64,000 nt of DNA from an uncultured Pseudobdellovibrionaceae bacterium (lineage in GTDB: Bacteria; Bdellovibrionota; Bdellovibrionia; Bdellovibrionales; UBA1609), in contig CAYVRZ010000013.1 in assembly GCA_964453895.1 (NCBI GenBank), positions 3,975-67,974 of the forward strand, written 5' to 3'. Each line of letters opens with the position of its first letter. Positions within the stretch are counted from its first letter, which is position 1. The translations under genes were made by a program, and so were the position numbers. Positions 32,445 to 40,797 of the stretch are shown piece by piece. The notes under the pieces are model-generated. The model searched no databases, was not told the DNA's origin, and saw only the letters and a list, made by a program, of their open reading frames with translations.

Positions 32445-34040
32445 CTAACGCACAGATTCAGGGGCGCCCATGGTAGGGGCGCGTTGAAAGATTTCCGCAA
32501 TCGCATCCGCAACGCGGATGCCATCGCAAGCCGCGCTGGTGATCCCACCGGCATAACCTGCACCCTCGCCGGTTGGATATAGCCCTGCGTGCGAGATCGA
32601 TTGCAAGGTCGCTTCATCGCGCGGAACGCGGATCGGGCACGAGGTGCGCGACTCTACACCATGCAGTAGCGCCCTTGGTGAAATAAACCCTTTCATATTG
32701 GCATTGAAGTTTTCGAGCGCGCGAATCAAATGCGTTTTAAATTCCGCACCCATTAAACTATCTAAGCGAGTCGCCACCACGCCCGACGGGCAGGAGGTGT
32801 CGCCCACGGGGGCTGCGCGGCCGTCGATAAACGCCATTAGGTTTTGCGCGGGCAGTTGGTGGGTGCCGCCGGCTTTTCGAACCAGCTCAAGGCCTTCGGC
32901 CTCGACCCGGCGGCGAAATTCGAGACCGCCAAACACGTCGGCTTCGCCAAAATTTTTCTTGTGATCGATGGTCATGACGATGGCCGCATTGGCAAAGCGC
33001 GAATTGCGCTTAAAATTGCTCATGCCGTTTGAGACCACGCCCAGTCCATCGGTCGAGCACGACAGCACATAGCCGCCCGGGCACATGCAAAAAGAATAAA
33101 CGCCAACGTCGTCGCTCTTATCATGAAAGGCGAGTTTGTAATTGGCGGCGCCGAGTTTGGGGTGGTCTTTGTACTCGCGAAATTGAATTTCGTTGATCAA
33201 GCTTTGCGGATGCTCGACGCGTAATCCGATGGCGAAGGATTTGCCCTCGATCGCCACGCCGATTTCGTGAAGGTGGGCGAACATATCTTCGCTGGAGTGG
33301 CCGCAGGCGAGAATCAATTGCTCGCAGTCGATGGTATCACCGTTAGTGAGCCGCACGCCGGTTATCGTTTGCGCCGGCGTGCTCGCAGCCGCTTGCGAAC
33401 TCGTCAAAATCTCCGCCACTTTAGAATGAAAACGAATCTCGCAGCCGAGCTTAAGCAGATGCTCGCGCATCACTGGGATCACGCGACGGATTTTATCGGA
33501 GCCGACGTGAGGGTTAGAGAGATACTCAATCTCAGGCGGCGCGCCGAATTGCACCAGGCGCTGCATAACGTACGGGATGTGTGAGGACTTAATGCGCGTG
33601 ATGAGTTTTCCGTCGGAGAAAAGTCCGGCGCCACCTTCGCCAAAGCCCACGTTGTTTAACGGATCAAGTTCTCCGCGCCGCCAAAACTTACCAATGGCAA
33701 TCACGCGTTTCTCGGTGGGCCCACCTTGCTCAAGAAGAATGCACTTTACCCCGCGCTCGCTTAAGCGCAGGGCCGCGAACAATCCGGCAGGTCCCGCACC
33801 AACCACCACCACGGGTCGACCCGAGTGTGGAACCGGATCGACCTCAATGTGGGGTTTGCCGATCGCCTCGCCAGGATCGAAAACTTCGACCGAATAGACC
33901 ATTTTGGGCTGGTGTCTGCGGCGGGCGTCGACACTTTGGCGTAGAATGCGAAAGTCGCCGTAGCCGGGCTGGAGCCAGGCCAAATGCTCTTCGAGCGACT
34001 CATCGATCCCAAGTTCTATATTGCGCAGAGTGCGACTCAT
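32445..34040 (-). CDS. FAD-dependent oxidoreductase (COG2509-like uncharacterised FAD-dependent dehydrogenase)
   Basis: Contains VVVGAGPAGLFAALRL (GxGxxG dinucleotide motif) and C-terminal GLYPTGEGAGYAGGITSAACDG, typical of this family. 531 aa. Confidence 0.8.
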   Translation of the reverse strand: MSRTLRNIELGIDESLEEHLAWLQPGYGDFRILRQSVDARRRHQPKMVYSVEVFDPGEAIGKPHIEVDPVPHSGRPVVVVGAGPAGLFAALRLSERGVKCILLEQGGPTEKRVIAIGKFWRRGELDPLNNVGFGEGGAGLFSDGKLITRIKSSHIPYVMQRLVQFGAPPEIEYLSNPHVGSDKIRRVIPVMREHLLKLGCEIRFHSKVAEILTSSQAAASTPAQTITGVRLTNGDTIDCEQLILACGHSSEDMFAHLHEIGVAIEGKSFAIGLRVEHPQSLINEIQFREYKDHPKLGAANYKLAFHDKSDDVGVYSFCMCPGGYVLSCSTDGLGVVSNGMSNFKRNSRFANAAIVMTIDHKKNFGEADVFGGLEFRRRVEAEGLELVRKAGGTHQLPAQNLMAFIDGRAAPVGDTSCPSGVVATRLDSLMGAEFKTHLIRALENFNANMKGFISPRALLHGVESRTSCPIRVPRDEATLQSISHAGLYPTGEGAGYAGGITSAACDGIRVADAIAEIFQRAPTMGAPESVR

Positions 34041-34080
34041 AGACTGTCTTGTAACGACCTTCTACAGTGCAAGCAAGACC

Positions 34081-34911
34081 ATGAAAGCGTTTAAGAACTT
34101 CTTTTTTAGTTGGATCTTTCCTTGGGTGCCCAAACGCCTGCTGAGCCGGGCTACGGGCATGTTTATGCGGATTCCGTTGATCTGGCCGCTCAACGCGCTG
34201 TTGATTCCATTGTTCGCGTGGTTTTTTAAGATCGACCGCAGCCTTGCCTTCCCGCGCTCGTACCGAAGTTTTGACGATTTTTTTACTCGCAAACTTAAAG
34301 TCGGCGCGAGACCCATTCAGGGCGATTTTGTGCACCCGTGCGATGGCGTTCTGTCAGCCAAGGGGCCGGTGCGCGAGGGGCAACTGGTGCAAGCCAAGGG
34401 TTGGCTTTACGACCTAAAAGAATTTTTGGGGTCCGAAGTGCTGGCCCAAGAGTATGAAGGTGGGCACTTTGCCACTTATTATTTGTGCCCGGCCGATTAT
34501 CATCGGGTGCACTCTCCTCTGAGTGGCGCCTTAACCGGAGCGAGGCATATTCCTGGCCTGCTCTGGCCGGTGAATGAGTGGAGCGTGAACAATATCAAAC
34601 GGCTGTTTAATTTAAACGAGCGCGTGGTGATGGATTTTCAATCGCCGCGCGGAAAGTTTTCGGTGGTCTTGGTGGGCGCCACCAATGTTGGCCATATGAC
34701 CATCACCCATGACCCATCGATCGTGACCAATCGGTGGATGTGGCATGCCCCGACCGACCGGCTGTATTCACCGCCAGTGCCGATCGCGGCGGGGGATGAG
34801 CTTGGCATCTTTCATTTGGGCAGTACGGTCGTATGTTTGTTCGATAAGTCCTATTCCCCCGGCGTTCAATCGCCCCTCGGGCCGGTGACCATCGGCAGTC
34901 GGACCTCGTAA
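34081..34911 (+). CDS. psd: Phosphatidylserine decarboxylase proenzyme
   Basis: Contains YLCPADYHRVHSP and FHLGSTVV (the LGST self-cleavage motif). Start taken at ATG 34081 (MKAFKNFFF). Confidence 0.85.
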   Translation: MKAFKNFFFSWIFPWVPKRLLSRATGMFMRIPLIWPLNALLIPLFAWFFKIDRSLAFPRSYRSFDDFFTRKLKVGARPIQGDFVHPCDGVLSAKGPVREGQLVQAKGWLYDLKEFLGSEVLAQEYEGGHFATYYLCPADYHRVHSPLSGALTGARHIPGLLWPVNEWSVNNIKRLFNLNERVVMDFQSPRGKFSVVLVGATNVGHMTITHDPSIVTNRWMWHAPTDRLYSPPVPIAAGDELGIFHLGSTVVCLFDKSYSPGVQSPLGPVTIGSRTS

Positions 34912-35012
34912 AAGCTTTAGACGTCGTCGTCCGCGAAAGGGCATAGGCCCTCTAATGGGGTTATAAGCTCGATTTTAGAGCATTTAGACTGGCTTTTGCC
35001 CTGCATTTCTAG

Positions 35013-35741
35013 ATGCTTATGCGCCTTTTGCTGATTGCGATAGCCTTAACCTTTCCCGCCTATGTGGCGGGGGCGGAACCGGTCAAATGCCGGCCGGCCT
35101 CGGTCCGCCTTTCGGACGCTGAAAACCGCCAGGCACAAGCGTTTAGCCAGGCCATTGCCGCTCAGAAAAGCAAAATCATGCAGCTCTATCCGAAATTTGT
35201 AACCAGCGAGCAGTACGACCGCCTGAGTGAGCTCGCATTCTCATTGATGGCTCCCGAAACTCGCTATGGTCAGAGTCGATGGTATTTTGTGAAAAAGTGG
35301 TCGCCGCCGCTTGCTCTTCGCGCCGTCAAGTGCGCCGTTCGTGGCGTTTGTAGTTCGAAAATTCCGCTCAGTGCGGGGCCCACACAGATTAAAGAAATTC
35401 CAGCCGTGGTCGCACTCGAATACGGAATTTCGCCCGCGTCCTTGGACCGCGATCCGGCGCACGCGGGTATCGCCACCATCGCATTTTTAATTGAATTGCG
35501 TTCTGAACTTATTGAGCGGCGCATGACGGACCCGCAAGATTTGCCGTACTTGAATGAAAGCACAATGCTCGACCATTTGGTTTACTTCTACCAAGGCAAA
35601 GGCCGCCGCGTTTTGCGAGGCGAGCGTCCGCATCGGGATAACAATTGTTATTTGCGGGTGGTGCGCGAGCAACTTGAGGGGCGTTTTTCTGTTGGGTTGG
35701 TTGGCGCGGCGTCTGACTCGGACGTTGAGACTTCGCGCTGA
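35013..35741 (+). CDS. Hypothetical secreted protein, possible divergent lysozyme/SLT-like fold
   Basis: Signal peptide MLMRLLLIAIALTFPAYVAGA. Motif order APETRYG ... SAGPTQIK ... LVYFYQG loosely mirrors the SLT E-S / G-x-x-Q / Y-x-x-G blocks. This is a weak call. Confidence 0.4.
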   Translation: MLMRLLLIAIALTFPAYVAGAEPVKCRPASVRLSDAENRQAQAFSQAIAAQKSKIMQLYPKFVTSEQYDRLSELAFSLMAPETRYGQSRWYFVKKWSPPLALRAVKCAVRGVCSSKIPLSAGPTQIKEIPAVVALEYGISPASLDRDPAHAGIATIAFLIELRSELIERRMTDPQDLPYLNESTMLDHLVYFYQGKGRRVLRGERPHRDNNCYLRVVREQLEGRFSVGLVGAASDSDVETSR

Positions 35742-35746
35742 TCGCG

Positions 35747-35980
35747 CTACTCGCCGTTATTGCCGATCGCCTCGACGGGGCAGCCTTCCATCGCTTCACG
35801 ACATTGCGACTCTTCGGTTTCGTTGGCGGGCTGTTTGACGACAAAGGCATGGCCGTCTTCATCGTGCATTTTAAAATGATCGGGCGCTGCTAAAACGCAA
35901 GCGTCACAGGCAATGCACTCTTTATCGACGTAAAATCGTCCGGGGATATTATCCGGGAACTTTTTGCTTTTATCGGCCAT
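35747..35980 (-). CDS. Ferredoxin (single [4Fe-4S]/[3Fe-4S] cluster type)
   Basis: Contains FYVDKECIACDACVLAAPDHF ... CPVEAI, a typical small ferredoxin Cys pattern. Start at ATG 35980 (MADKSKKF). Confidence 0.8.
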   Translation of the reverse strand: MADKSKKFPDNIPGRFYVDKECIACDACVLAAPDHFKMHDEDGHAFVVKQPANETEESQCREAMEGCPVEAIGNNGE

Positions 35981-36002
35981 ACAGATGACATATACCAGCA
36001 CG

Positions 36003-37577
36003 ATGACCTTTGAACAAGAAGTTGAGCGCCGGCGCACGTTTGCGATTATCTCTCACCCCGATGCCGGTAAAACGACCATCACAGAGCAGATCCTTTGGCT
36101 GGGACAAATTATTCGCGAAGCCGGGGCCGTGCACGGGAAAAAGGGCACCAAGGCCGCCACATCGGACTGGATGAAGATGGAGCAGCAGCGCGGGGTCTCG
36201 ATCACTTCATCGGTGATGCAATTTGATTTTAAGGGTCTACGCGTAAACTTACTCGATACTCCTGGCCACAAAGACTTTGGTGAAGACACCTACCGCACCT
36301 TGATCGCCGCTGACTGCGCCGCCATGTTGATTGATGCCGCCAAGGGCGTTGAGGCGCAAACCAGAAAACTCTATGAAGTCTGCCGTCTGCGCCGCACGCC
36401 GATTTTTACCTTTGCCAATAAAATGGACCGCGAGGGCAAAGACCCACTGGCGTTGATCGATGATGTGGAGACCACTTTAGGAATTAAGTGTTACCCGGTC
36501 ACGTGGCCGATCGGGATCGGCGACCGCTTTAAGGGCCTTTATCACCGCCTGCGCAAAGAGCTGCTGCTCTATGAACGGGGCCGAGTCGAAGCCGAAGTGG
36601 TGAAGGTCAGCGGCTGGGACGACGACATCATTCGCCAGCGCGTGGGCGACGAATTTTTTGCGCAGCTGCAAGAAGAGATGGAGCTTCTTGAAGTCGCCAT
36701 CGGTGATTTTGAACACGCGGAGTTTATGGCCGGCAAAGTTTCGCCAATGACCTTTGGTTCGGCCAAACACAACTGGGGTGTGGATATTTTCTTGGAGCTG
36801 TTCGCCGACTATGCGCCGCCGCCGGGTCCGCGCAACTCCACTAAAGGATTGGTCGAGCCGAAAGACAAAAACTTTTCGGGCTTCGTTTTTAAAATTCAAG
36901 CCAATATGGATCGCAAGCACCGCGATCGAGTGGCCTTTATTCGCATTTGCAGCGGGCAGTTCGAGCGGGGAATGAAAGTTTACCTTCCGCGCTTGAGCCG
37001 TGAAATCCGTTTGGCCTACGCCAATCAATTTTTGGCGCGCGAACGAGAAACTGTGGATGAAGCTTTTGCCGGCGATATCGTGGGGATTATTGACACCGGC
37101 TACTTTCAAATCGGCGACGCTCTGACTTCGGGCAAAGACCTGCAGTTTGATCCGATTCCGCGTTTTAGCCCCGAAATTTTTGGCCGGTTATTTATCAAAG
37201 ATCCCCTCAAACGTAAGACGCTGCAAAAGGGTGTGCAGCAGCTGGCCGAAGAGGGGACGATTCAGCTGCTCTTTGATCCCGTGGTGGGGAAGCAAGATCC
37301 CATTGTCGGCGTGGTGGGCGAGCTGCAGTTTGATGTGCTTTTGTTCCGGTTGAACGATGAGTACCAACTTGATGTGCGTCTGGATCGACTCCCATTTACT
37401 GCCGCGCGGTGGCCGGTGGGCAAGGATGGGCAGCCTCCCAAAGCCTCTATACAAGGGGGCGCCAGGATTTTTTACGACGACAAAGAGCGTCCAGTGATTC
37501 TGCTTGAAAAAGAGTGGGATTTGAATTGGCTTAAGAAAGAGAATCCAGATTTAGAGTTTCGAATCACGGGGAATTAG
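36003..37577 (+). CDS. prfC: Peptide chain release factor 3
   Basis: Contains RRRTFAIISHPDAGKTTITEQIL (G1), DTPGHKDF (G3) and NKMDREG (G4), with overall RF3-typical sequence. Start at ATG 36003. Confidence 0.92.
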   Translation: MTFEQEVERRRTFAIISHPDAGKTTITEQILWLGQIIREAGAVHGKKGTKAATSDWMKMEQQRGVSITSSVMQFDFKGLRVNLLDTPGHKDFGEDTYRTLIAADCAAMLIDAAKGVEAQTRKLYEVCRLRRTPIFTFANKMDREGKDPLALIDDVETTLGIKCYPVTWPIGIGDRFKGLYHRLRKELLLYERGRVEAEVVKVSGWDDDIIRQRVGDEFFAQLQEEMELLEVAIGDFEHAEFMAGKVSPMTFGSAKHNWGVDIFLELFADYAPPPGPRNSTKGLVEPKDKNFSGFVFKIQANMDRKHRDRVAFIRICSGQFERGMKVYLPRLSREIRLAYANQFLARERETVDEAFAGDIVGIIDTGYFQIGDALTSGKDLQFDPIPRFSPEIFGRLFIKDPLKRKTLQKGVQQLAEEGTIQLLFDPVVGKQDPIVGVVGELQFDVLLFRLNDEYQLDVRLDRLPFTAARWPVGKDGQPPKASIQGGARIFYDDKERPVILLEKEWDLNWLKKENPDLEFRITGN

Positions 37578-37580
37578 GGA

Positions 37581-38231
37581 GTGATTGACACTAAGCGTTC
37601 ATCGGTCCTTGTGATCGGTGTGGCCGGCGGGAGTGGATCGGGTAAGTCGACCTTCTGCCGTATGCTACAAGCCAATTTGACGGAGAGTTTTTGCGGAATC
37701 CTGGCGCAGGATTCCTATTACCGTGATTTGCACGAATATTTTGACCGCGATGGCGGAGCCGTAAACTTCGATCACCCGAACTCGGTCGAGTTTGAGTTGT
37801 TGATACGGCATTTGCAGGATTTGCGGCAGGGTCGCGATATCTCAGTTCCGCGCTACGAATTTTCGAGCCACAAGCGGCTTTTAGAATCCACCCCGTTTCA
37901 CTGCCGGCCCGTGGTGATTGTGGATGGGACTTTGCTGCTGACCCAGAGTGAAATCCGGCCGCTGCTCGATTTTGCGTTCTTTATCGACACGCAAGAGGAT
38001 TTACGCTTTCAGCGTCGACTGGCGCGTGATGTGCGCGAGCGCGGGCGAACCAGCGATGGCGTGCGCGAGCAGTTCTTGCGCCATGTGAAGCCCATGCATG
38101 ATTTGTTTGTAAATCCGAGCCAGCGCTTTGCCGACCGGATTATTTCGGGCGAGAAAAGCTTCGGGCCGGTGATTGAAGAGATCGTTTACGGACTGAGAAC
38201 GCCGTCGATGGACACGACCTCGTTTCTTTAA
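37581..38231 (+). CDS. udk: Uridine kinase
   Basis: Contains IGVAGGSGSGKST (P-loop), DSYY and VDGTLLL blocks. GTG start 4 nt after the prfC stop. Confidence 0.85.
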   Translation: MIDTKRSSVLVIGVAGGSGSGKSTFCRMLQANLTESFCGILAQDSYYRDLHEYFDRDGGAVNFDHPNSVEFELLIRHLQDLRQGRDISVPRYEFSSHKRLLESTPFHCRPVVIVDGTLLLTQSEIRPLLDFAFFIDTQEDLRFQRRLARDVRERGRTSDGVREQFLRHVKPMHDLFVNPSQRFADRIISGEKSFGPVIEEIVYGLRTPSMDTTSFL

Positions 38232-38240
38232 GCCGCTCGT

Positions 38241-39125
38241 TCAAGGGCTGCCTTTGGTCGACATTCTAAATTTGTCGGTTTTATTCTGAAACTCTTTGTA
38301 GAGCTCGTTCAAACTGAATGAGGCCCGCTCCGATTCAGAAACGACCCGCTGCACTTCGCTCCAATTGGGCGACGTGGACGAGACCTTGCTCTGGCCGCCC
38401 GCGAGATTGGTCATTTGGTTGTTTAAGGTGCCCAGGTGCTCGGCCTTTTTATTGTGGTCTGAAGCCGCATTGGCCATGCCTTGATAGAGGGCATCGGCCA
38501 CGGTGCGAGATTCGCCGTCAAAGGAGTTTACAATCTTTTCGGCGCGCTCCAGCTCTTGATCCATAAATTTCGCATTGCTTTTCGCCGACTTCAGACTTTT
38601 CTGAACTTTCGTTTGGAAGTCGCCCACGTCAAAATTAAAAAACAGCTTTTTCTGCGCGACCATTTCGGCGAGCGTGTTGCTCTCGCGAGAATAATTTCCG
38701 GCGGCGGTGTTAAACTCCTTGGCCGCGGTTTCAAAATCTTTAACGTGTTCTTCGACCCTGGCGTATTCGGGCTCATCGCCGGCAATTTTCTTTTTTGAAT
38801 AGCCGAGCGCCGTAATCTGACCCCGGGCTTCCGTCATTTTTTTTCGGGCCTTGCTCATCTGCCCGGCCAAAGTCTCCATGGCCTTTAGCTTGGCCAGAAT
38901 TTGTGGCTCGGACTGCGTGTACTCGGCGGTTTTGCCCTTGGCCAGAGACTCTTGCAGCGCCTTTTTCTCGTTCAAATCGGCTTGGACTTTGCCGGCGATC
39001 TCTTCAGAACTTTGAAAGGCCGACGAGAGTTCGCCTTCGACCTTCGGCATGTTGAATGTTTTTACGCTGGCGCAGGCGGCCAGGGTGCTTGCGAAAATAC
39101 CCACACATACTTGGCGCATGTTCAT
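38241..39125 (-). CDS. Hypothetical lipoprotein
   Basis: Signal peptide with a lipobox (GIFASTLAAC). The rest is K/E/A-rich and predicted helical. No family recognised. Confidence 0.45.
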   Translation of the reverse strand: MNMRQVCVGIFASTLAACASVKTFNMPKVEGELSSAFQSSEEIAGKVQADLNEKKALQESLAKGKTAEYTQSEPQILAKLKAMETLAGQMSKARKKMTEARGQITALGYSKKKIAGDEPEYARVEEHVKDFETAAKEFNTAAGNYSRESNTLAEMVAQKKLFFNFDVGDFQTKVQKSLKSAKSNAKFMDQELERAEKIVNSFDGESRTVADALYQGMANAASDHNKKAEHLGTLNNQMTNLAGGQSKVSSTSPNWSEVQRVVSESERASFSLNELYKEFQNKTDKFRMSTKGSP

Positions 39126-39169
39126 TTGCTTTTTCCTCCAACTGCTTCCTAAAATGGTACGCGAAACAA

Positions 39170-40360
39170 ATGGAGTTACAAATGTTATCTATTCTTCTCA
39201 GTGCCATCACCCTTCTACTGGTAATTTCTGGATGTAAATCCGCAGACAAGGCTCAGGTCTCCGCCGCCGGATCGACGTGGTCAGGCCCGATGCAAAATAT
39301 GGCCGAAGACGTAAAAAAACTTTTGCCTTATGTCTACGACGCCGAGGCCTATCGAAATCCGCAAAACAAAGCGAAGATTCTCACTTACCTCAGAGAATTC
39401 TCAACGGCCGCCCACCTACTTAAGCCGGTCGCGGGCAAACCGTTTATCGGCGATGATTTGCTGATCGAGTATTCGATCAAAAATTTGCGCGAGGACCTCA
39501 ACCGCTCGGCCTACGCCTTAGAGCTCGGGCAAGTGGAATACTCGCGCACGCAGACTAAAGCGAGTTTGGGCCATTGCTTTCGCTGTCACTCGGTGACGCA
39601 AGAGGGGAGCTCGGCCCACTGGAATTTAGATCAAGTGCACAATTTGGAATTGGCGCCGCTTGAAAAGGCCGATCTTTTGGTCGCGACTCGCAAATACAAA
39701 GAGGCTTTAAGTTACATGGAGAATCTGCTCAATACAGGGGAGTTGCACAAGACCCGCGCGTTCGACTTTGAGTCTTTGCTTCGTCGCTATTTGGCGCTAA
39801 TTATTCGCGTTGAAAACGCTCCGCAGCGAGCGCTTAAAGAAATGGAACGTGTTTTGAGTCGCGAAGATACGCCGCATTATATCGCCGAGCAGGGTGCGGG
39901 ATGGACGAGATCGCTTAGAGATTGGGCAAATGAGGAAAAGGGCAAAAAGAAGTTTAAGATTTCAACAAGCAAAGACATGTTTGCCGAGGTTGAAAAAAGA
40001 TTTAAGAAAGCCGAGTCTATTCAGCACTATGAAAAAGATCATGCCGGCGACGTGGAGTATCTTCGGGCCACAGCTGCCTTACATCAAGGCATGAAGTTTG
40101 TTAAAAATCCGAGTGAACATGCACGTGCGCTTTTTCTTTTGGGTAAGGCCTATGAGGTGCTCGATGAGTTGGGCAGCTGGACCTTACATGAGAGCTATTA
40201 CGAAGCCTGCTTACTCAAGGATCCAAAATCTCAGGTGGCCAAGAGTTGCTTTAACCGCCTAGAGGCTTCGCTCTATATGGGCTACTCGGGCAGTTCGGGG
40301 ACCCATCTTCCACCCGAAGAGCGCGAGCGCCTGCGAAAACTCAGGGCGGTAATTCAGTAG
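39170..40360 (+). CDS. Hypothetical lipoprotein with a single CXXCH motif (possible c-type haem site)
   Basis: Start at ATG 39170 (MELQMLSILLSAITLLLVISGC, lipobox). CFRCH at nt 39575-39589. TPR-like helical C-terminal half. Confidence 0.45.
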   Translation: MELQMLSILLSAITLLLVISGCKSADKAQVSAAGSTWSGPMQNMAEDVKKLLPYVYDAEAYRNPQNKAKILTYLREFSTAAHLLKPVAGKPFIGDDLLIEYSIKNLREDLNRSAYALELGQVEYSRTQTKASLGHCFRCHSVTQEGSSAHWNLDQVHNLELAPLEKADLLVATRKYKEALSYMENLLNTGELHKTRAFDFESLLRRYLALIIRVENAPQRALKEMERVLSREDTPHYIAEQGAGWTRSLRDWANEEKGKKKFKISTSKDMFAEVEKRFKKAESIQHYEKDHAGDVEYLRATAALHQGMKFVKNPSEHARALFLLGKAYEVLDELGSWTLHESYYEACLLKDPKSQVAKSCFNRLEASLYMGYSGSSGTHLPPEERERLRKLRAVIQ

Positions 40361-40441
40361 ACAACCTTTAGGAGCAGTCTTACCCTTTTTAATGTATCAA
40401 TTTTGGTACATGCATGTGAGCGAAAATAAGGAGGCTTCAAC

Positions 40442-40681
40442 ATGACAAAGGTAATTCTCGCAGCTCTATTGGTGTTTAGTTTCTCGGCTTTGGCTGACGA
40501 CACCCACGGCACTACAGATGCTACGACCACTGAAACCACTATGCCCGCAGAAGGTGCAACAACAGACGACGCCCATGGCAAAATGGACAAAGGCACCAAA
40601 ATGGCCAAAAAAGCCGCGAAGGGCATGAAAGACGGCAAAGGCATGAAGAAAAAAGAGAAAAAAGAAGAGCATGCTCACTAG
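40442..40681 (+). CDS. Small secreted Thr/Asp-, Lys-, Met- and His-containing protein
   Basis: 79 aa. AAGGAGG Shine-Dalgarno 7 nt upstream, signal peptide MTKVILAALLVFSFSALA, and an intrinsic terminator downstream. Confidence 0.5.
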   Translation: MTKVILAALLVFSFSALADDTHGTTDATTTETTMPAEGATTDDAHGKMDKGTKMAKKAAKGMKDGKGMKKKEKKEEHAH

Positions 40682-40721
40682 CCGCGAGCTAGTTTTTGCT
40701 TTTCTAATTTTTTCTTAACGG

Positions 40722-40747
40722 AAAAAGGGGTTTATAACCCCTTTTTT
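40722..40747 (+). terminator. Rho-independent terminator
   Basis: AAAAA GGGGTT tat AACCCC TTTTTT. A GC-rich 6-bp stem is flanked by an A-run and a T-run, so it may be bidirectional. Confidence 0.7.
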
Positions 40748-40797
40748 CTTTCTGTATACTTCTCCGCGAAGACCATCCGCCGAGGGGAGCCCCAGCC

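Noticed and set aside
36477-37109. 210-aa minus-strand ORF inside prfC
   Set aside because: It is antisense to a highly conserved GTPase gene, so it is a shadow ORF.
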